Origin: Acanthaster planci
Lineage: Eukaryota
Assembly: GCF_001949145.1 (NCBI RefSeq)
Contig: NW_019091356.1
Coordinates: 460,938-524,937, forward strand
Reading direction: 5' to 3'
DNA: 64,000 nt
The position numbers and the translations under genes were made by a program. This document shows, in pieces, positions 55,201-64,000 of this stretch. A model generated the notes under the pieces. That model had not been told where the DNA came from, made no database searches, and saw only the letters and a program-made list of their open reading frames with translations. Positions within the stretch are counted from its first letter, which is position 1, and each line of letters begins with the position of its first letter.

Positions 55201-58200
55201 CTTCACTTTTAAAAGTGCCGCTGTGCTTTTATACCATCTCAAGGAGGTTCAGGATTTTTGGGATGATTTTAACGATAGGTTAGATTTGTTAGGATTTTTG
55301 TGGGGGTATCAGTGATGGATAATGACTTGTGTTGTGGTCCAGCTGTCATATTGGACCATTTCCTTTTGATCTGTGCCTTCCCCATTGTTCCCCCTCTGCC
55401 ACTTTGCATTCAACCCTTCAACCTGAGACGTGCCCAGTTCCCTCTTGGCAAGTCAAGTCGCTTAAATGACCAAACAGATCTTAGCATCTCCAGGCTGGCA
55501 GATCGAGAGAATTCTGTGCAGGCAACTTTGGCCAGTGATGACAGAGGAGACAATCTCTGTCTTTACCTGGGACAAATCCTTCTAAATCCCAAACCACTAG
55601 GCAGGTCTGCATCCAGGGACCCATCCAAATCTGTCTCAAATCCTGCATACCTCCGGGCTACAAGTTTTTCTGGAGGACTGGGGCTTGATCCTATTAGAAA
55701 GTCCACTGCCATTGTTTGGTAACACTGGACATAATAGTCCTGGAAGATTTGAAGGTAAAAAGAGTGGACCACACAGCCTTGGTTGGGGTAGCATAAGATT
55801 ACAAGGCCATTTTTCATTTCTCCATAGGAAGAAAGTGTTGTATATTCATCACAATAAGTGAAAAAAACAGTGAATCCATACCACTTCCTCATACTTGCGT
55901 GCTATTTATACTGTTCATGTACATGTACAGTATAATGTTGCAGAAAAGATATCTCAAAAAAGTCATTTACAAAGTGGTCAGTGACCATGCAAGTCAACTG
56001 CCCGTCCATTGCTCATTTGGTACCTCTTTCAATAAAGTTTTATCAAAGTTATTTGCCAGTGTATTCATTAATTACAAAGTTATCAGGCCATCTTTTGTGC
56101 TTGGCCAGAGGTCAGTTTTTATAGTACTTCACTACAATGATAAAAGCTGTATGGACTGCTCTGTGGTCAGTGGTATCCACTCCATTGACACTGTGCTAGA
56201 GATCCACAGCTGAAGTGTTGTTGCCATGGATGCCATTGCCTACAGTGTTGTGGTATTTGGAAAAGAGCAGAGCTTTAGTTAGTTGGCCAAGTTAACTGAA
56301 ATTGATGGTGGTATGGTTCATGTACATTGAGAGGGAAAACCTCATGCTAACCCCGTTTTTTTCTTTTTCCTCTGGAAATGTGTTGGTTTTTGTCATAAAT
56401 TGATCTGCTAAAAGCCTCCTATTACCCCCACAGTGTCCAGATTTTCAGCTCCCTTGAGCAGGCCCAAAATACACTCTGCATGGATTCTGAAAGATATTTG
56501 ATAAAAGTTCATTAAAATGGGGGGTAAATAATATTGGAAATGATGTCGGTATCAATGTCAGTTGATGTGGTTTGCTATGTTTACAATGTGTGAGTCTGTG
56601 TGTGACATGCACAGGTTGTTATGTGTTAGCATTACACGGTATGGTTTGGCACCATTTTCCCCATTCTTCATTTTATCTAATGACTGCCATATACAGTATA
56701 ACGCAAACATCTCCACATCTTTCCATTATCAAGGTACGATATATCATCGCTGTTAATTTGACAGCCAAACATGATTTACAGGATTCTGCCGATAAACACC
56801 GCCCAGCGGAAATTATTGGACACTCACCAATGGCATTTGAAGATAGGCATGCGCGTAAGCCATCTGCTATTAATGATGACATAAATCACATGAGACCTTC
56901 TTGGGAATCTTTACGTTCTCGACATTTACCTTGCTGACAGCCCACACTACGGATACGAGGATATACCATTAATTTTTGTGGGTGAAGCATATCTACAACG
57001 TCGGACAGAACTAATGAGATTTTGAATAATTTAAACTCTTAGACAAGAAGTCCTTGATTCTTATCCACTCTTTGTCAAATTCACTTCAGCAGTATCTTTT
57101 CATGGCTGTCTTTATATCTTACCTTACATGTATGTTTATCTCCACAGTCACCCATGCTTAAGCATGTGTCAATGTTCATGAACTTTTACCATTCACAGAA
57201 CAAAGTTGCATTGTGAAAATTTAATGAGAGATTGTTCACATAGTGTTCATTCTGTGTTTTGTTCATGTGCACAGGGTTTAGGGAGCTACTCCTGTTGTCC
57301 AGAAATTTGGACCTGAGTTATTTATCCCCACAGCAACTGTAGAGGTTGTGGACTGTGCATGGCAACCATCTTTTCGGTTTAGTGCTTTTGATATGGAAGA
57401 TATGCACAGGTCTATTCGTGTGTATTGCTATGAAACAAAAGCACTTATAGTACTGGAAAGATGCCAAGCACAACCTCTGTTGTTCAACTCAAGCGTAGCG
57501 CCAACAACTTCATGACAGTATGGTGCCAATACATGTGGGTAGTCTGCCATCACGTTAAAGAGACCAAGTCTAGACCAAGTTGTGGAGACAATGCTGACGC
57601 CATAATACATGTACCTTTTTTTGTGTGCATTTGGTCCTCAGATTCAATACATGTTACCCCTTATCTGGTGGGTGTATCCGCCTCAAGCTCTACATACATG
57701 TATACATCATGTTTTATTTCATATGTGTTATGTAGGACTTGGAAGATCAGTAAAGTTTATCTCTCATAAATGCAATAACAAATTGTCAGCTCAGATTTCA
57801 GCCCCCCTGCTGGAAAACAAAACAGTGTTGCTTGGAAACAGAAATTTCTGACATCAGGAGACCCACACTGTCATGACTGTCGTTGTGTTTTTACAATGAT
57901 GCATCAGACAGTTCGGTTTCTGAAGTTGAGAAGAAGAAAGTGCATCTCCAATACACTTCATACTACACAGAGATGAGATGTTTTGAATACACTGAGTCAA
58001 TGGTAACCTCTGTTCAGCCAATCAAATCTCCAGGGACATACTGGGACAAGTATGAATGAACTGGACGGATCCCTGTGGATCTTGTATAGAAGAGACAGTT
58101 TGATTGGTTGGACAGTGCAGAATAAAGTGTGAATGTCACGGACGGCGGAAGAGTGAGGTGTGAGATGAAATCATATACATCGAGGTCAAAGAGAGATAAA

Positions 58201-59595
58201 GTGTTAAAAAAAATGGCATAGGGACAATAATACCAAAAGGTGATAAAGCAAACACTGTCATGGTTGAGAATTTCATACTGGTTTCTCTGTGCCATACTGA
58301 AAGAAAAAGGAGTGCAATAAAAACATGTACATTTACCAGTATAAGGTATGAAGTCAGCCTACAGAACTGGAGGGTGTACATGTAAATACATGCATGAGGC
58401 AGGGAGCCAGATTATGTGTACTTCATTGGAGACATTGTGGGAAGTTGTTGGGCCATATTGAATCTGTTATAAACTCTTGTAATTTTTTTTTTTTGGGGGG
58501 GTGGGAAATTAAATCTTTTTTTATGGTGTGGAGTACAATGTGTACAACAATCCCAAGTACTGAAAATATAAAGTTTTTATTCATTTATGCAGTTTAAGAG
58601 AAATCATGTGAATGATGACTTTGTAACATTTATTTCTTGTACATGCATGATTAGGTCAAATGTAGACAGTTTCAATCAGATTCCCCCCCCCTCCAACCGG
58701 TGGAGGATTTCTTATCAACCAAAGACATTTAGCCCTCCTCCTAAACAGGCATATTAGCCCTTATCCACTCCCATTTGGCCCTGTCGTTGTCCATTCAACC
58801 CCTCTTGCATTCAAATCTTGATTCGATTTATTCCCAGCACAGGACAGTCAGTCCTTGGATAATTCAATAATACTGCCGCCTGAGCAAACAAAATGGCTTC
58901 TTGGTGCAGTTAGGAACAGGTGACGGCGTTAGACCTGGAAGGATGAAAACAGTTTCCTCTTTTAGAGAAACTGAGCCTCTTTTAGTTTGGATCTGGAAAA
59001 AAAATTTCAGAAAGGTAAAAATATACAGTGTACAGAGAGAAGAAAGAGACAGCATGATTTATTGCTTTTTATTGGTCACTGGTCAGATTTTGAAGGAAAA
59101 TTACAACTTTTTTCTTAAACAGTAACCCATTTAAATTTTCAAAATGCACACTGTAGCTGTCACAAGCCTTTAGTAGTCACCAACATGGGTCTTTCCTCAA
59201 AAGAAATTTTAAAAAGCACAATGGTATTTGCAGTTGCCTTCTTTCTTTGAAACTTTGTTTCTGCAAATGAGATATTTCTGTAAAAATTATCAACATAAAA
59301 ATACATATGTCCAAGCTGTTATCCTTAATCTTTGAAGCTTTTAGCTGTAAGTGTGAAAGGGCGGAACTGTCATTGGAAGATAATTCAATAAATGTACTAA
59401 GTATCAAGAGATGACATATAAGCCCAATGGTCAAGTGGCTACATGTACAGGTGTATGTCTGTTTGATGACAGAGGTTAATGGCTCTGTAATTTGACAGCT
59501 GTGGACAATCTGGTGTCAGTTTGAACTCTGTAAACTGTGTGCAGTGATCCAGTAAAAGAAAAATCTGTTCATTTGTTGGAAATAGGTTTGCTTAA

Positions 59596-59694
59596 AGAGC
59601 ACCCCTAAGGCAAACACTGCATTCAATTTTGTTGCTTCCTTATTTATTTGAACAGATTAAATCAGACACAAAGTATTTTCCTTAGAGGTGCTCT
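59596..59694 (+). mobile_element. 99-bp MITE with TTAA-like flanks (Kolobok-like), copy 1
   Basis: TTAA|AGAGCACCCCTAAGG ... CCTTAGAGGTGCTCT|GTAA; 15-bp TIR with 1 mismatch. A second copy lies nearby in the opposite orientation. Confidence 0.7.
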
Positions 59695-59767
59695 GTAAAA
59701 TTGTCAGGCCTATGCAATGCTTAAACCAACCTTGGCATGTGACTGCAGGATGCACACAGAACCTGTG

Positions 59768-59966
59768 ATGTACATGTACATGTACTGAAGGTGTACATGT
59801 ACTGTACTAGTAGTAGTTACAAATTTGAAAATGACAAGAATTTGAGACTGCCAATTTTTTCTCCAGTTGCTACATGTTTTGCAGTGCTTCACAGCCATCT
59901 ATCTACATGTACATGTACATGTACATACACATGTATTTACATGTACTTGGCCGGTGTACATGTACA
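59768..59966. repeat. Cluster of (CATGTA)n / TACATGTA units
   Basis: Perfect TA(CATGTA)3 at 59904-59923, plus further copies near 59771, 59794, 59938 and 59957. Confidence 0.85.
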
Positions 59967-60702
59967 TATTTGTGTATGACATACGAACCTATAGTGTTTA
60001 CAGACACTGGCAATGTTGGTCCGTCTGAAGTAGTAAAGATGGACTTGTAATGGGAAGGGGAGAAGTCAAATTTGTCAACCATCATTATGAGCCAGTAGAT
60101 CAGCTTGATGTTATCGCTGTGACTGGCAAATATTAGCTCATGAAATGGTATGAAATGGGCTCTCTAAACTCCAATCTGTATCATCTTTCAGTCGTCTGCC
60201 TGTAAAGTACGCCATCCAATTAGATGATACTGAAAGTACAGGTGCTGGAGTGAAATGCTGTCATCCTACTGATCACTTCCGGTCCTCGATTAATTTAAAT
60301 GAAAAAGTTCTGACAGCAGCCCTATTATCCATTAACTACTTATTAATATTCATGGGCGGTGATTCAGATTGCTTTAATTGAATTATTCAGTGTTCATTAA
60401 AGGAATCCTGGCAGGTGTAATCATCATCAATTACTCCGTCAAGGTCGCACTGTGGCAAGTATTGACTGATGAGACTACTCTTTATGACAACACAAAAACG
60501 TGCCTACATGTGCAAAATTATCTTTGGTGACATTAATTTGTTGCTGTTGTTCTCAAGAACAGCAAGAAAAACAATTCAGAGGAAGATGTACAAATGTAAA
60601 GTTCTGAAGTCTTGAAAATACTTCATTGATGCCTATATGTTCACACTGTCTTGTTTATGTTTGAAAGATGACATCAGTTGGTTTCATTAACAATGCATTT
60701 CA

Positions 60703-60783
60703 AGAGCACCTCTAAGGAAAACACATTTTCTCTGATTTTATCTGTTCAAATAAATATGGAAGCATCGAAATCGAATGCAGTGT
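60703..60783 (-). mobile_element. MITE copy 2 (partial, inverted relative to 59596-59694)
   Basis: AGAGCACCTCTAAGGAAAACACATTTTCTCTGATTTTATCTGTTCAAATAAATATGGAAGCATCGAAATCGAATGCAGTGT aligns along its length to the reverse complement of 59614-59694 with scattered substitutions. Confidence 0.75.
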
Positions 60784-60976
60784 CATTTGTTTTCAGAGCT
60801 CAACTAAAATAAGATTAAAAGGGTTTTTTTTCTGTTCATGCCAAGATGCGAATTCTGAATGTAGATTGCGTTATTCTGAGAAAACGGAGAAAACGAGGGG
60901 AACCTTTGCCCTGTGTTTGTAGTGGATAAACCCTTGTGCATGCCAAACACTGGCTACATGTTTAATTTGGTATGCA

Positions 60977-61461
60977 CAGGGTTTATCCAATACTATTAGC
61001 CCAATGTACAAATTCTAGCTAAAAATGCTCCGGGCTACCTAAACTTGGTTCCTTAGTTGCCTGGTGGGCTAGTGAAAAATTCAGAATAAGCCAACCTGTT
61101 AAAACGTAGATCAAAATAAAAACAAGTATTCAATATAAATCAATGTATCAATATAGGCCTAAATATCTGAAAGTAAGCAAAAAGTGGCAATTTTCGCCTA
61201 ACGTAAGCAACCCAAATGAGGGGAAAGATGGAGCAAAGAGATGATTTTGTTCCTAACTCCCTTACCAGTGACTCAAGTGATGTTTAACTAACATACATGC
61301 CGCTTTATTTATACCATCAGCCTTTTATTTTCTGAAATGTCAATTCTTTATTGGTGAGCTGATAACGAATTTGGGGTTTTAAATTTTATATGTGGGTTAG
61401 TAAAATATCCAGTTAACTAGCCCAGTGAGCCAGCCAGGAAAAAAAGTTTGCGCAAAGCCTG
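60977..61461. mobile_element. Possible degenerate hAT-type non-autonomous element
   Basis: Termini CAGGGTTTATCCAA ... TTGCGCAAAGCCTG (10/14 inverted match) and repeated subterminal TAGCCC/GGGCTA motifs near both ends. The TSD is not conserved. Confidence 0.4.
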
Positions 61462-63442
61462 CAGATGTACATGTATCTCAAATAAAACTAGGAACTTCGA
61501 GCAATTAAGGTACAGTGCAATAAAAAGCAACTTATGGAAAAAAAAAGCTGCTCACAATAGTATTGTTTGATTGAAAACACAGACATTTTGTCCATTTGGT
61601 GATTTGAAGGATCTCCAACTCCCTCAGTTCTTGCCACATTTTAGTCCAACGATTGATTTTGATTGGTCCTCCGCCATGATGCGTGTAATCCTTTCTTCAG
61701 CTCAGATGGTTCTAAGATGACAGGGGAGATGCAATCTCCCAGTGATAATCCCTCCATCTGCTCTCCAATCTACATGTACATTTCGTCTGAAGACATCTTG
61801 TGTAATCCTCCCATTAGGACAGATGGCTGCCCTAATCTTAGCTGTATTCAGCAGAGTGGAGGGGCATTGTACCAGGTCCTCATGTTACGGATGGGATGAT
61901 GTACCGTAGACTTGGTGTCCACATGTTCTTTCTTAATTGTCAAATGTTTGAATTGAATATTGATCTTGTCTGTGCATGCGTAAAGCGTACATGTACATCT
62001 GGCACAGTTATTGTAGAAAACCACACAGGCAGTAACTTTAGGTTACTTCAGACTCGGAGTGTAAGTTTCCTTAAGTTTCATGTATGCAGTTCTGCTGCAC
62101 TGTCCTACAGTGTTGGCATGAATAGTTGGAAAGAGCATGTAATAACTTGCAAGTTTAATACCACTTGCTAGTTCTGGTAACTTGCATACAAATACAGTGT
62201 ATGGTACCGTAACTTGAAACTTGAACGCGTTTTAAGAGCAAAGGATGCAAACACCATTGTACACGTACCACATTGTATCTTTAACTGACAAAACCAGACA
62301 GTATTCTAATATTTGTTTGCTTTCTACTCAGATCCCCTCCCCCAGCTGTTTGCCAAATTCAGTGATATATTAACAACAGATGACTTAGTCATAAATAAAT
62401 CTGTCAGAAACCAATTTCAATGGAGCCATCTTTCTTACTGCCATGATGCTTCTAACAGTCTTAAAAAGATGTTTTGATAAGGGATCATCTCACTGGTCCT
62501 GCTTTCTGTGCAAAGTAAATTTTCCTGTGATCTTTAGCGCTAGTCTTTTGTGGTTTACCGCCTAATGGCAATGCTGTGGTGCCGTACACTTTCCCCGTCG
62601 TCGCGTCTCCGGTCCAAGGGTTGCCTTTTTTTTCTTTAGAAGATTTGCTTGCGCATCAAACCATCCACACTTCCTCTCCAAGATGATTTGAGAGATACAA
62701 CTTGTCCTAGTGGCTGACAGCAGTTTAGAGTAAACAATCACATCAGGCTGATGTTGAATGGGAGACTCCTTGGTGAAGACTGTGCTCTCCAAACATTGAT
62801 GCATGCAAGTGTTGAAAGCTTTAGCGATCCGGGGGAATACATGCAAAGATGGATAATGAAGCCATTTCTGGAAATAATAAACAAAGAATGGATCAATTCA
62901 AAGCAGTTTTAATCTAAAAGAATTGGTTGATTCTGCGTGTGTGTATAAATACTTGGATTTTATGAACAAATCTGGCTCATAAATCTCTGCACACTGAATT
63001 AGATTTTTGAATTCTTTCGTGAATGTGTTTCTGCCTGTGTCTTTGTTGCAAGTAAGGATTTTTATTTGGGTATATTGTCTTCGCTGGATTTACCAGTAGA
63101 AGATTGTTAGGAATGTGAAGGTGTCAAGTTGTTTAGACAGTCATCATTGAAGCTCCTGCTACTCACATTTCCTTGATCACTTTACGTTTAGTTTATTGAA
63201 CAGGTAGTTGGAGTCCAAAATATAGTTGATAACTGTGTATAGTTAAAAAAAACAGCAAAAACTCTCTGTGATTCCCCAGAAGAAGAACAGCTTAAATGTT
63301 ACTCTGGCATTTTGCCTTGAAAGATCCCTGTCATGGCCAACTTTCAACATTATTCTGTCCACATTTAGGATGTACTTTTTCAAATAGAAATGTTGAATGA
63401 AATAACACTGAAATGTTGTCTTCTCTTCTTTTTCACCTGCAG

Positions 63443-63745
63443 ATGTACCTGATTTCAACCCTGTGTACTTCACTTCAGAACCTTCAAACATTATAGCCGT
63501 TCCAGGCTCTGCGGTTACACTGAACTGTTCAGTATATTCCCTTCTAGTGCCTACAATTAGCTGGACCAAGGATGGCAGTGCGGTTCCGGCAGATGACCCA
63601 ACCAAGAGAGTACAACCCAGTGGAGCTCTGCGTATAGCCCCAGTCTCCCTAGATGATGAAGGCTCGTATCAATGCAGTGCTGAATTGGAGGAGGGAGACT
63701 TTTTTGCAAGTTTGAGTAGCAGACGAGGAGCTGTCACTGTTGCTA
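63443..63745 (+). CDS. NEO1/DCC: Coding exon (first I-set Ig domain) of a neogenin/DCC/frazzled-like receptor; gene continues beyond the window
   Basis: Polypyrimidine acceptor ttctcttctttttcacctgcag (AG 63441-63442) and donor A|GTAAGT at 63746 define a 303-nt phase 1-1 exon. Translation is (D)VPDFNPVYFTSEPSNIIAVPGSAVTLNCSVYSLLVPTISWTKDG...GALRIAPVSLDDEGSYQCSAELEEGDFFASLSSRRGAVTVA, with the Ig Cys, W-x-K-D-G and D-x-G-x-Y-x-C motifs. From memory it resembles vertebrate neogenin Ig1 (F-x-P-x-YF-xx-EP, GSxVxLNCSxYS, DEGxYQC, SR...VA). The Ig domain is near-certain and the family assignment less so (protogenin or CDON/BOC are not excluded). Confidence 0.88.
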
Positions 63746-64000
63746 GTAAGTAGGATTAATTAACATATTGACCTGTATGTTTAGTGTGGTGTGAAGGAGA
63801 CTGAAAATATGTACATGTATCTGTGCATATTCTTCCCCATGCATCATTACCATTTATTATGATTGAATATAAAACCTTTTTTCCATAGACCATAGGAGTT
63901 CACTCCAGCCATGAACATACATGTATATGTACACTCTACAAATAGTGCATTTTATATGCACAAAGGTTAAATATTCTGAAATATAAATTGATGTCAGCCT

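Larger units (their letters stand above)
30987..63442 (+). other. Putative first intron (~32.5 kb, GT-AG, phase 1)
   Basis: Bounded by GTAGGT and a polypyrimidine-CAG with compatible phases. No convincing coding exon was seen inside, although small or alternative exons cannot be excluded. Confidence 0.68.

Noticed and set aside
63463..63753. Stand-alone 96-aa ORF as listed in the track
   Set aside because: The GTG start and TAG stop are artefacts. The real unit is the spliced exon 63443-63745.

Overview
AT-rich, gene-poor eukaryotic genomic DNA from an invertebrate animal. The repeat types and TACATGTA/TAGGCCTA richness suggest an echinoderm or similar marine deuterostome, which is inference only. 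No prokaryotic operon, CRISPR array, rRNA or true tRNA is present, and nearly all ORF-track entries look like noise. The only well-supported gene is the 5' end of a + strand neogenin/DCC(frazzled)-like Ig-superfamily receptor. It has a signal-peptide exon (30863-30986), a ~32.5 kb phase-1 intron and an Ig1 exon (63443-63745), and it continues beyond the window. Composition splits the window into three domains: CpG-depleted and AP-1-motif-rich (1-~18.8 kb), CpG-retaining (~18.8-31.4 kb, ending at the promoter/exon 1), and a CpG-depleted intron. Repeats include a 20-bp minisatellite, a tRNA-derived SINE, several MITEs (one hAT-type with a perfect 8-bp TSD and a nested 51-bp piggyBac-like hairpin) and a Penelope-like remnant. 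The most unusual signal is a family of TA-flanked short motifs (TACATGTA, TACCGGTA, TAGGCCTA, TACAGTGTA/TACACTGTA, TACCGTA). Most of these are strongly concentrated in the intron, often chained, and they match the expected form of Tc1/mariner excision footprints. All motif counts are by eye and approximate.
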